A DNA stretch of 43,039 nt from Nitrospiraceae bacterium (lineage in GTDB: Bacteria > Nitrospirota > Nitrospiria > Nitrospirales > UBA2166): NCBI GenBank assembly GCA_002726235.1, contig PBSN01000012.1:62001-105039 (forward strand), read 5' to 3'. Under the pieces are notes generated by a model. The model was given only the letters and a program-made list of their open reading frames with translations. It did not search any database and was not told the DNA's origin. Made by a program: the position numbers and the translations under genes. Shown here piece after piece: positions 18,705 through 28,054 of this stretch. Position 1 is the stretch's first letter. Each line of letters opens with the position of its first letter.

Positions 18705-19469
18705 ATGTTAGCAGCATACTCTCCAGCACTTCTCATTCGCGGGTATCTTCAACTGGTGACTAAGGCTGTTAGTGGGGTATTTTCGCGTCCATGGCGAATC
18801 CAAGAAACCTTCTACCAAATGGATCTGATTGGTTCGGGGTCGGTTCCTCTCATCTTGGTGGCTGGTATCGCGACGGGGATGGCGTTGACGATTCAAGGGG
18901 CGTATCAGCTCGCGCCAATTGGCGCAGTTCACCAGGTTTCGAAACTGATCAGTCTGACATTTGTTCGAGAGGTTGGCCCGGTTCTTACGGCGATCATGAT
19001 TACGGGCAGAGTTGGATCTGCTATTGCTGCGGAGCTGGCATCTATGAAGGCAACAGAACAGGTTGATGCTATTCGTGCGATGGGGATCGATCCAATCAAG
19101 GCGCTTATCACTCCACGGCTCATTGCCTGTGTTTTGATGGTCCCGATATTGACGATCCTGCTCGACGCTGCGGCAATGGCTGGTGGATGGCTGATTTCGA
19201 TTCTTTATCTGGGAAGAGATCCTCTGTTCCATTGGGTGCTCTCTGCTAGCGTGTTGCATTGGAGCGATATAGCGCTTGGACTTGGTAAGCCTGTCGTGTC
19301 TGGGTTTATCTTGGCTACGGTTGCTGGATATGTTGGTTTTACAGTGGCGGGAGGACTTGGGGCAATTGGTCGTGCAGCGACAACGGGGATGATTGCAGCA
19401 TCGTTACTGATTCTCGCCTTTGATGTGCTGATTACCATGATTGTGCCGTTGCAGACCCTCGCATGGTAG
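18705..19469 (+). CDS. mlaE: MlaE-family ABC permease (copy 2)
   Basis: REVGPVLTAIMITGRVGSAIAAELASMKATEQVDAIRAMGIDP, PRLIA; start ATG 18705 chosen. Confidence 0.9.
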   Translation: MLAAYSPALLIRGYLQLVTKAVSGVFSRPWRIQETFYQMDLIGSGSVPLILVAGIATGMALTIQGAYQLAPIGAVHQVSKLISLTFVREVGPVLTAIMITGRVGSAIAAELASMKATEQVDAIRAMGIDPIKALITPRLIACVLMVPILTILLDAAAMAGGWLISILYLGRDPLFHWVLSASVLHWSDIALGLGKPVVSGFILATVAGYVGFTVAGGLGAIGRAATTGMIAASLLILAFDVLITMIVPLQTLAW

Positions 19470-19510
19470 TGTAAGGAATGATTGTAGTGTCGTGGATTGG
19501 AATGTGACCT

Positions 19511-20314
19511 GTGATTGAGTTTTCAGATGTATGGCTCAAGGTGGGTAATCATGACACTCTAAGAGGGGTCAATTTACGTGTATGGCCGGGCGGAACTCGG
19601 GTCATTCTTGGATTGAGTGGGTCGGGAAAATCAACTATTCTCAAACTTATGCTTGGACTTCTTAAACCGGATTGCGGAACAATTCGGATTGGAGATCGCA
19701 TTGTTACCTCAATGACCGAACAGGAGTGGGAGCCGATTCGACGCGATATGTCGATGGTATTTCAGGGAAGCGCACTTTTCGATTCGTTAACGGTAAATGG
19801 AAATGTAGGGTATCGCCTTAGGGAAGAAGGGGTTCTGGACGAATCAGAAATTGAACAACGAATATGGCGAAGTCTCTGTTTTGTTGGCCTTGAGGATACG
19901 CTTGACATGATGCCTGCCGATCTGAGTGGGGGGATGAAGAAACGAGTGGCAATTGCTCGAGCATTGGCATGGGGACCAAAGATCATTCTGTATGATGAAC
20001 CCACTGGAGAGCTGGATCCTGCCAATAGTCTTATGGTGAGTGAGTTGATTCTTCGGCTCCACAAACAAGGCGGAGTGTCGCAGGTGGTAGTGACACATGA
20101 TCTAGATATTGCCAGACGTGTTGCGGTGAGGTTTGCGATCATCAACGAGGGAAGGATTGTTTTTGATGGAAAAGAAGATGCTCTGCGTTGCTCAACCGAT
20201 CCAAGCGTGGTGGCCTTGCTGAAACCTGAAGTCGACATTGCTGGTCTACACAACGAAGGGAAGAGGCATGAAAATCGCGATGAGGATCAGGCAGGGTCTG
20301 GAGGGCAGGTATGA
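19511..20314 (+). CDS. mlaF: MlaF-family ABC ATPase
   Basis: Walker A GLSGSGKST, FQGSALFDSL, LSGGMKKRVAIAR, ILYDEPT, VTHD. Confidence 0.93.
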   Translation: MIEFSDVWLKVGNHDTLRGVNLRVWPGGTRVILGLSGSGKSTILKLMLGLLKPDCGTIRIGDRIVTSMTEQEWEPIRRDMSMVFQGSALFDSLTVNGNVGYRLREEGVLDESEIEQRIWRSLCFVGLEDTLDMMPADLSGGMKKRVAIARALAWGPKIILYDEPTGELDPANSLMVSELILRLHKQGGVSQVVVTHDLDIARRVAVRFAIINEGRIVFDGKEDALRCSTDPSVVALLKPEVDIAGLHNEGKRHENRDEDQAGSGGQV

Positions 20315-21288
20315 TCCGAAAAGATCAGTTCGTGTGGTCTCGATTGAAAGTAGGATTGCTCTTTCTTTGTGCGGTCGGTTTATTGGTGGTGGTGTCTCTC
20401 AGTATTGAGGGATCTACATCGTTGTTTCAGACATCCTATCGAGCCAATTTCGATGATATTGTGGGCCTGAAAATTGGCGCACCAGTTCGTATTGCAGGTC
20501 TAAACGTTGGTCATGTGGATGACGTACGTTTGCTCGATGATGCGCTAATCGTTGAGGTGACCTTTTCCGTTGAGAACGACATCATTGATCGTTTGCGAAG
20601 TGATGCATCGGCCGTGGTTCGTGCAATGAGTGTTCTTGGTGACAAGATTCTGGTGATTTTACCGGGGACGCCGAGTCAACCTCAGTTGCAGCCGAATACC
20701 ATATTGCCAGGGCAAGTTGAGCTTGAAATTGCAGGGATTGTGCCATCAGCAGAGTCAACCATTTTGAATCTCAATCAGACTCTTTTAGAAGTAAGAAATC
20801 TTGTGGCTTCTATTCAAAAAGGGGAAGGAACCCTCGGCAGTTTGATTGCAAAGGATGATATTTATGTAGAAATGCAGCAAGCAATTCAGAATGTTGATGG
20901 GATTACGGAGGACATCGCTAGCCTCACTGCCACTATCAAACGTGGGGATGGGACTGTTGGACAGCTTTTGGCCAGTGGTGAGTTCTACGATCGAATCATG
21001 ACCGTGACAGAGCGTATGAACCGTTTATTAATTCGGTTCAACCAACCCAATGGGACTCTCGCTCGAATTGCTACCGACGGAGGATCGTTGTACCGTCGGC
21101 TTGATACCATCGCAACTCATGGCGAACGTATTGGCGCACGGCTCAATAGGGGAGAGGGGACTGCTGGGAGGTTGTTGGTTGACGAGGAAGTGTATGGCAG
21201 GATAGATAAGGTTCTCTCGGAAATGGAACGTCTTGTCACTGATATCCAAGAAAACCCGACGAGGTATTTCAAATTCTCAGTGTTTTAA
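20311..21288 (+). CDS. mlaD: MlaD/MCE-domain protein with long helical extension
   Basis: N-terminal TM, MCE motif GLKIGAPVRIAGLNVGHV, LGDK..I.PG, repeated G(E/D)GT.G.L helices, C-terminal DIQENPTRY. Confidence 0.9.
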   Translation: MIRKDQFVWSRLKVGLLFLCAVGLLVVVSLSIEGSTSLFQTSYRANFDDIVGLKIGAPVRIAGLNVGHVDDVRLLDDALIVEVTFSVENDIIDRLRSDASAVVRAMSVLGDKILVILPGTPSQPQLQPNTILPGQVELEIAGIVPSAESTILNLNQTLLEVRNLVASIQKGEGTLGSLIAKDDIYVEMQQAIQNVDGITEDIASLTATIKRGDGTVGQLLASGEFYDRIMTVTERMNRLLIRFNQPNGTLARIATDGGSLYRRLDTIATHGERIGARLNRGEGTAGRLLVDEEVYGRIDKVLSEMERLVTDIQENPTRYFKFSVF

Positions 21289-21438
21289 GAAGAAGTAATG
21301 GTGAGTGGGAAGGAATAGGTAGAACTAGATGAAAATCGATAAATGCACGGGTTTTCTTTACAATGCGTATGTGGTTTTCGTACCCTTCTAATCTTTGTTG
21401 CACTCAGGTAATCTATAGCTGATCACTGAAGGAGAATT

Positions 21439-21888
21439 ATGCCATCATTGAAGGTGTTTGGAACGGCGGTAGCCATCATCTTGTTAGGGGGGCTCGCATC
21501 ATATTTTGGACTCGCTCATGGGTGCAGTAAACAGTCTACGCCGGGAATCATCGCTGGAACAATTTCGCTTGATCCAAGGCTGGCCGATAAAATAAATCCA
21601 TCCGCTACACTCTTTATTGTTGCGCGTCAAGCCGATGTTCCATTTGGCCCCCCACTCGCTGTCAAACGTATTGAGCAACCGGATTTCCCGTTCTCGTATA
21701 TCTTATCGAGCGATGATGTCATGCGCCCTGGAACGCCGTTTCAAGGAAAAGTTTCCATAAAAACTCAGTTGGATAAAGATGGAATAGTCGGAGCTGAGCC
21801 CGGTGACCTTGAAGGGGAGTACATCAAAAATCCGGCTACGGTGGGTCAAGAGGAAGCGGTTAATATTACACTGAACAAATTACGGTAA
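21439..21888 (+). CDS. Exported protein resembling the CcmI/CycH C-terminal periplasmic domain
   Basis: GTISLDP.L, TLFIVAR, GPPLAVKR, FPFSYILS..DVM, PGDLEG; possible lipobox LAHG-C; AAGGAG SD. Confidence 0.75.
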   Translation: MPSLKVFGTAVAIILLGGLASYFGLAHGCSKQSTPGIIAGTISLDPRLADKINPSATLFIVARQADVPFGPPLAVKRIEQPDFPFSYILSSDDVMRPGTPFQGKVSIKTQLDKDGIVGAEPGDLEGEYIKNPATVGQEEAVNITLNKLR

Positions 21889-21922
21889 TGATGAAAAGTA
21901 TTGGCATGCCAGCGGCGAGCAG

Positions 21923-22474
21923 CTATGCCATGTCCATGCCGATCGCCACAGGCACGCTTGTGTTCCACGCAAGATAGTCTCGCCAACTATTTGGAGTGTT
22001 TCGAATGTCTGATGTGATGGCTGCCATCTGATTCCAGCGTGGCCTCACTGGGTTCTTCAGCAAACGCATCCCCGCTTCTTTTGGTGTGCGGCCGCTCTTC
22101 CGATTGTTGCATCGCCAACAGGCAGTGACAATGTTTTCCCACGTTTTTCTGCCCCCACAAGAGATCGGAAGAATGTGATCAAAGGTGAGTTCTGATGGCC
22201 TGAACGTCTTTGCACAATACTGACAGCAATACTCATCTCGCGTAAAAATGTTCACCCGCGAAAACTTCATGGCACCATGCCTATCTCGAAGACGAATCAT
22301 CGACTGTAGCCGCATTACGGAGGGGAGTGGAATGGAGCTGGATACACCGTGGATCTTCCGGTCATACACCTCCAGCACTTCCACCTTCTCACGCCAAAGG
22401 AGGGTGATCGCCTTCTGCCAATGAAGAATTCGCAACGGCTCGTACGTCGTATTTAGGAGAAGAGTTGTTTCCAC
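21923..22474 (-). CDS. HNH endonuclease family protein
   Basis: LLLNTTYEPL, RD.YCCQYC, DHILP.S.GG..TWENIVTAC..CN..K. Confidence 0.92.
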   Translation of the reverse strand: METTLLLNTTYEPLRILHWQKAITLLWREKVEVLEVYDRKIHGVSSSIPLPSVMRLQSMIRLRDRHGAMKFSRVNIFTRDEYCCQYCAKTFRPSELTFDHILPISCGGRKTWENIVTACWRCNNRKSGRTPKEAGMRLLKNPVRPRWNQMAAITSDIRNTPNSWRDYLAWNTSVPVAIGMDMA

Positions 22475-22594
22475 GCGCTCCTCTTTCGAGGCAGAATAAT
22501 TATCCTAGGTCCCGCTGCATATAACAGTAATTCCATGAAAGATCAAGGTGTTACTGCGTGACGGAAGATTTTGGTGGTAGAGCCTGATCATTGA

Positions 22595-23998
22595 TCAATA
22601 GGCATTTTTGTTAATGAATCCTTTCACCAATGTCATTCCAAGAATTTTGAGGTCTAGCCATGGTGTCCAATGTTCGATATAGTGAAGGTCATGTTCTACC
22701 CGTTTCTCTAGCGATGTTTGCCCACGCCAGCCGTGCACTTGTGCCCACCCAGTCATGCCGGCCTTCATTTTCTGACGTAGAACATAGGTTGGAATCCCTG
22801 TCCGGCACTGCTCGATCAGTTCGGGGCGTTCCGGTCGTGGCCCTACCAGGCTCATATCACCTTTGAGCACATTGAAGCATTGGGGCAATTCATCCAAGCT
22901 GGTTTGTCGTAACAGTTTCCCAATCGCTGTTCGCCGATTGTCGTTGGTTGTGGTCCAAACTGCACCAGTTTCCTGCTCGGCATCCACTCGCATGGAACGA
23001 AATTTAAGCATGAAGAATGATTTTCCATCAAGCCCCATCCGCACTTGCCGATAGAAGATCGGACCGGGTGAAGTCCATCGAATCGAAATGGAGATTGCGA
23101 TTATCAGTGGGGAAGCGATGATGAGGGTAAGTGCAGAAAGGCCGATATCCATGCTTCGTTTGATTACGCGGCTCCACCCATAAAGAGGTGAGGCTTGGAG
23201 GGTCAAAATGGGGAGTCCATCAAACATTTCCGCTTCACTTCGGAGCATCATGTATTGGGAAACATCGGGTACGATCCGAATATCAACTGGATAGTCGGAA
23301 AGTACTTCCATTATTTTGTTGATTTCGCTTTGGGCATCTGCAGGCAATGCCAAAAACACTTGATCGATTGTCCGCTTGGCTAGGATGGTAGGAAGCATGT
23401 CGTAGGTTCCAATGATCTCGGCATCCTCCATGGACTGTCCGATTTTCTCTGACTGCTTCGTCAAACAGCCTACCACAGTCATTCCCAGCTCTGGATGATA
23501 TTTGAACCGATTGATCACTTCCTTGGCAAGGTTTTCTGCGCCAATGACGAGGATATATCGGAGGTTATAGTTTCGTCTCCGAAGAACACGCAGAACTTCT
23601 CGGTAGGTCCAACGCAGGAGACAGAGGAGTGTAATGTTCAAGGCCCAAAAGTACGTGAAGACGAGTCGGGAAAATTCGGTATCTCGGATAAAAAATGCGA
23701 ACGCGGCGAGTAGCAGCACGGACATGGTGTTGGCTTTGACCATATCCCACACTTCTGACAGCCGGGATGAAATTCGGCGAGGTCGGTAGAGGTCAAACGA
23801 CCAAAACGAAAAAATCCATATCACGTAGATGGGGATCAGAAGAAGAAAATAGTCGCTTAGTAAGGGGATTCCCTTTGTCACAGGGACAAGTTGCACTTTG
23901 AAGCGAAGCAGATATGCGCCAAACCATGCGATCGTGATCGTGGCAAGGTCAAGAAGAAGTAGCAGGCTTTTAAAAAAATTCGCGTGGCGCTTCAGCAT
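22595..23998 (-). CDS. wcaJ: Undecaprenyl-phosphate glucose phosphotransferase (priming glycosyltransferase)
   Basis: N-terminal TM helices, IKRSMDI, KFRSM, SLDELPQCFNVLKGDMSLVGPRPE, GMTGWAQVHGWRG. Confidence 0.9.
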   Translation of the reverse strand: MLKRHANFFKSLLLLLDLATITIAWFGAYLLRFKVQLVPVTKGIPLLSDYFLLLIPIYVIWIFSFWSFDLYRPRRISSRLSEVWDMVKANTMSVLLLAAFAFFIRDTEFSRLVFTYFWALNITLLCLLRWTYREVLRVLRRRNYNLRYILVIGAENLAKEVINRFKYHPELGMTVVGCLTKQSEKIGQSMEDAEIIGTYDMLPTILAKRTIDQVFLALPADAQSEINKIMEVLSDYPVDIRIVPDVSQYMMLRSEAEMFDGLPILTLQASPLYGWSRVIKRSMDIGLSALTLIIASPLIIAISISIRWTSPGPIFYRQVRMGLDGKSFFMLKFRSMRVDAEQETGAVWTTTNDNRRTAIGKLLRQTSLDELPQCFNVLKGDMSLVGPRPERPELIEQCRTGIPTYVLRQKMKAGMTGWAQVHGWRGQTSLEKRVEHDLHYIEHWTPWLDLKILGMTLVKGFINKNAY

Positions 23999-25140
23999 TG
24001 TCGGTTTCGCGTGAACTCTTCGTACCACTGACTAATTAGAGCGTTGATGTGTGTCTGAAACACTGTTGTGTTAAAGCGTTGGGCATGTTCTCCAATCGCG
24101 TCAGGAGCAAAGGCTGATTCATTGGCCTCGAATGTTTCAATCGCTTGTGACAAGCTGGAGACAGACTGGTCTGGAAAGAGGATTCCGGTTGGGGGGTGCT
24201 GGTTTTGTGTCCCATTGGACAATGGGATGACGGTCTCCATTACTCCGCCGGCTTGGTATGCGATGATCGCTTTTCCCGCCGCCATAGCTTCCACAGGCAC
24301 GATTCCGAAATCTTCAAGCCCTGGTAAGACCAACGCACGGCATCGTTGGTAGTATGTCCGAACCACATCATCTCCCTGCCATCCCATGAACTTAATCGTT
24401 GGTCCTGCTGTCTGGCGTAGTAGTGCGTCATCAGGCCCCGAGCCAATAATCACTAGGGGCTTCCGCAGTTTGGTAAAGGTGTGAATGGCTATATCGACGC
24501 GTTTATATGGCACAAGAGCCGTCACCATCAGATAGAAGTCGTCGTGATCGTGTGATGGGGTTACCCCTTTAATATCAACCGGTGGGTGAATCACTTTGGC
24601 CTCTTTTTGATATAGCCTCTTGATCCGTTCAGCGACGTGGCAGGAATTTGCAATCCAGTAATCAATTCTTGTACTTGAAGCCACGTCCCAACGCCGAAGC
24701 GATGGCATGCACAATCGCATTCCCATACGGGTGAACCACGTTTTTTGTGCTGACAAGTAGGTCGAATATAGATCCCAAGCATATCTCATTGGTGTGTGAA
24801 CATAACTGATGTGGCAGGTTTCCGGGGTATGTGTGATCCCTTTCGCCACGCAGTGGCTTGAGCTTAGTATGAGATCGTAGCCGGACAATTTGAATCGCCC
24901 AATGGCAAATGGAAACAGCGGGAGAAAGTTTCGATAGGTGTGCTGGATGAACGGAATATACTGTAGAAATGAAGGTGTGATTTTCAGGCGTTCGATGGTT
25001 GGGGTGACGCTTCCTGGAACGTGAATGAGGGTAAACAGGTCAGCAGTTGGGAATAACTCACAAAGGCTTTGTAAGACACGCTCTCCACCTCGCATGCCGG
25101 TAAGCCAGTCATGAACAAGTGCAACCTTCATCCTTGTCAC
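23992..25140 (-). CDS. GT4 glycosyltransferase (WbaZ-like)
   Basis: VALVHDWLTGMRGGE, HTPMRYAW, LVPYKRVD, EDFGIVPVEAMAAG. Confidence 0.92.
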   Translation of the reverse strand: MTRMKVALVHDWLTGMRGGERVLQSLCELFPTADLFTLIHVPGSVTPTIERLKITPSFLQYIPFIQHTYRNFLPLFPFAIGRFKLSGYDLILSSSHCVAKGITHTPETCHISYVHTPMRYAWDLYSTYLSAQKTWFTRMGMRLCMPSLRRWDVASSTRIDYWIANSCHVAERIKRLYQKEAKVIHPPVDIKGVTPSHDHDDFYLMVTALVPYKRVDIAIHTFTKLRKPLVIIGSGPDDALLRQTAGPTIKFMGWQGDDVVRTYYQRCRALVLPGLEDFGIVPVEAMAAGKAIIAYQAGGVMETVIPLSNGTQNQHPPTGILFPDQSVSSLSQAIETFEANESAFAPDAIGEHAQRFNTTVFQTHINALISQWYEEFTRNRQC

Positions 25141-26405
25141 GTAGACGGTGTGAGATGTTTGGGTTCGTGCGAAAGTGCTGCGAGGGTCTCACGAAATCGT
25201 TCGCCGATCATGTGTACATCGTAGTGCGCATTGACAAACTGATACGCAGCATCAAGCATTTTCCGTGTCTGTTCGGGGGCAAGAAGAATTTGGTTTATCC
25301 CCTCAACAAACTCTGCCGCGGTATTTGCTAGCCAGAAATGGGTCATAGCTGTTGCATTTAGCCCTTCGACCGCCTTGGTGGTTGCAATGAGCGGGCGACG
25401 TGCTGCCCAGGCCTCCAAGACTTTAAAGCGTGTTCCACTGCCATTGAGAATTGGGGCAAGAATCATCGTGGCATCGTCGATGTACGGTCGAATATCATCG
25501 ACGAATCCCGTAAAGGTTACTCCATCCATTTGGGGTTTGGTCCAATGCGGATCGTCTTTGCCCACAATCCATAACTCACAATCTTTATGGACGGTCCTCA
25601 CCTGAGGGAACACACGACGCACTAATAGCTCAACCGCAGTTCGGTTGGGTGGAAAATCAAGTCCGCCACAAAAAAGGAGGCGTTTTCGCTGTCCGGAGTT
25701 TTGATATATCGACTTATAAAACTCAACATCAATGCCGTTTGGGATTACTGAAATGCGCGAATTCGAGTTCGGCTGTTCTGATCCATAAAGAATGGTTTCG
25801 ATGCGCTGTTTATCATGGTCCGAAGTCGTAAACAGGTGGTCAAACATGGGAAGCCAGCGACGTTCTTGATGGATGGCGAAACGGGCAAACATGTGATCGA
25901 TCCACGAACGAGGAAAATTGTCAGAATATGTCGCAAATTCCTTCTTAAGATCTGACTCGATGTTATGGAGATCGAGAATTATGATGCCTGAAGAACTGAG
26001 AACATCCTGAACCAGAGGGTAATAGTTTGCGATCCAGGAATGTTCAAGGATTGCGAGATCGTACGATCGTCCGGCGAGGGTGTTCGCCACTTGGCGCATA
26101 ACGATGTTGTTGACGTAAACATCTGATCTTGGACTTAGCCGATGATGAATGCAGTACATGATTCTGTGAAGTTGTGAGCGCAGGTCCTTTTTTGGAAAGA
26201 TGGCTGGGATAATATCGATTCTCTGACAGCAGTGATTGAGTGAAGGATAGCTAGAAGGTGATGGCAGTGTTGGGCTACTTAGTGCGAGAAGATCAACTGT
26301 ATACGTGTCCTTCAACGAGGCGATTAGGTGATAAACGCGAAGGAGTCCTCCCTCGGAAGGAGGATAGGGATAGTCAGGAGCGATAATCAGGACAGTAGGC
26401 TTCAC
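25137..26405 (-). CDS. GT4 glycosyltransferase
   Basis: YPPSEGGLLR, HNIES, VIPNGID, GSGTRFKVLEAWA; GAGGA SD before GTG 26405 (alternative ATG 26429). Confidence 0.88.
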   Translation of the reverse strand: MKPTVLIIAPDYPYPPSEGGLLRVYHLIASLKDTYTVDLLALSSPTLPSPSSYPSLNHCCQRIDIIPAIFPKKDLRSQLHRIMYCIHHRLSPRSDVYVNNIVMRQVANTLAGRSYDLAILEHSWIANYYPLVQDVLSSSGIIILDLHNIESDLKKEFATYSDNFPRSWIDHMFARFAIHQERRWLPMFDHLFTTSDHDKQRIETILYGSEQPNSNSRISVIPNGIDVEFYKSIYQNSGQRKRLLFCGGLDFPPNRTAVELLVRRVFPQVRTVHKDCELWIVGKDDPHWTKPQMDGVTFTGFVDDIRPYIDDATMILAPILNGSGTRFKVLEAWAARRPLIATTKAVEGLNATAMTHFWLANTAAEFVEGINQILLAPEQTRKMLDAAYQFVNAHYDVHMIGERFRETLAALSHEPKHLTPST

Positions 26406-26564
26406 TCGATGTTCCTCGACGCAGTTCATCGCGTTGCAATGAGGACAAAATATGCTGACATTGGATGATATCACACGGCTAGAATAAGGCGCATGGACAT
26501 TCCGTCAGAGGGTATCTTTGCGCCCTATTCCAACCATGGTCGTCGTTCTACATTGGGTCTTACG

Positions 26565-27617
26565 TCATGAAAAGGCCTTTAAAACTTTAAACGTCATGTG
26601 TGCGCTCTTTTCCCATGAGAAGCGTGCGGAATGTGTACGTCCTTTCTCTGAAAGTGTCGCGCGAAGGGATGTGTCACGGATAAGGGTAAGTAATGCCGAC
26701 GCTATTTCATCTTCATGATAGGGGTCGACGCATATGGCACTGTCGCTGGCTACTTCAGTCAATGCGGTTAGGTTGCTGGTTAATACTGGGGTGCCACTTG
26801 CCATAGCTTCGAGCACTGGGAGTCCGAAACCTTCATACATGCTTAGATAGAGAAATACCGTGGCCCCTGCGTACAATGGGGCGAGCACATCGTCAGGGAC
26901 GTAGCCAAGAACATGAACGCGTGGTGGGATATTGTGAGGTTGAGTATGGCGAAAGATGCTCGAAGTTGCTGTTCCACCAAACAACACCAGCCACAGGTCG
27001 TTGGGAACGTCATTCTGAATGTTTCTCCATACTGAGAGCTGCCGGTCAATATTTTTTCTCTGCTCAAGTGATCCGATGGCGAGCAGGTAATGTTCCGAGG
27101 GTATTTTGAGTCGTTCACGCATGCGCTGTATTGTGGAGGTATCTTGGGGTGTGAAGGAAGGTGCAATGCCGTTTGGGATGACAGAAATGTGGTCTTCTGC
27201 AACCGCGCATTTCTCCATAAGACGTTGCTTTGTAAAATGTGAGATTGTGATAATGTGGGCTACGCGTTGTACGAGTCGTGGAAGAAGAAAGTTATACCAG
27301 GTGGCGAAGCGTCGGCTGAACCACTCTGGATGGTCAATGGTTGCAAGGTCATGAATTGTGACTACTTGATTTCTGACTACGAGAGGACCTGTATTGCCCG
27401 GACTCCATAGGGTTTTTCCCTGGGAGTGGAATGGTAGAACGCATTGTTCCCACAGATGGCCAGCGACTCCCGACAGCGGATACGGTGGTGCGATCGCCTT
27501 GACCTCATCAGGTGCCTGTTGCAGTAGTTCTTGAGTGTATCGTTGTACTCCGGTGAGTGGTGCTCTGCAATTTCTTAAGTTGCATACTATGGTTGTAGAC
27601 ATCTTAGCTCTCGTCAT
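26565..27617 (-). CDS. GT4 glycosyltransferase (MtfB/mannosyltransferase-like)
   Basis: TGVQRY, VVTIHDL, RKNI, EGFGLPVLEAMASGTPV, FSWEKSA. Confidence 0.92.
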   Translation of the reverse strand: MTRAKMSTTIVCNLRNCRAPLTGVQRYTQELLQQAPDEVKAIAPPYPLSGVAGHLWEQCVLPFHSQGKTLWSPGNTGPLVVRNQVVTIHDLATIDHPEWFSRRFATWYNFLLPRLVQRVAHIITISHFTKQRLMEKCAVAEDHISVIPNGIAPSFTPQDTSTIQRMRERLKIPSEHYLLAIGSLEQRKNIDRQLSVWRNIQNDVPNDLWLVLFGGTATSSIFRHTQPHNIPPRVHVLGYVPDDVLAPLYAGATVFLYLSMYEGFGLPVLEAMASGTPVLTSNLTALTEVASDSAICVDPYHEDEIASALLTLIRDTSLRATLSEKGRTHSARFSWEKSAHMTFKVLKAFS

Positions 27618-28054
27618 GTCGTACGTTTCAACTGTTGTACCCCTAGAATGACATACTACAGATTTTTATGGTCTGTCGTCATGTTGCGACTTCAAAATTT
27701 GCGACTAAGGTGGGCGCGATGAGGGAGCATCGCAGGGCGATGTGTTCGAGGAATAACGACGGCCTGGCCAATGGTTCATTCTAAGGGGGCTGAACGCTTG
27801 TGGATTTCGCCTACGGCAATCATCGCTTCCATCTTTTCCATATGTGCGCCATTTGCCCTTGGTTCACTCCACAATCTGTCTGGGCTAATTTATTTATGTT
27901 ATTTCGTGATGGGTCTTTATCCCGTGACTGGCATGATTAGGATCCGACGATATGATGGTAGCCCTATGATCATGAAGATCTGATTGACTCGAATTAAGGG
28001 CGTTGTTATGCTCAAGTCTGTGCGCGACCTGCTTTCCTTGATCCTGCGTTTGAG

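Noticed and set aside
21923..22474. HNH protein as a mobile or defence element
   Set aside because: Host-like composition, no flanking repeats, intron context or partner genes; fits the widespread stand-alone HNH family.
27771..27983. 70-aa ORF whose YPVTG segment matches 29111-29126 at 15/16 nt
   Set aside because: A match this short is expected by chance in a 43-kb window, similarity barely extends, and there is no convincing SD or motif.
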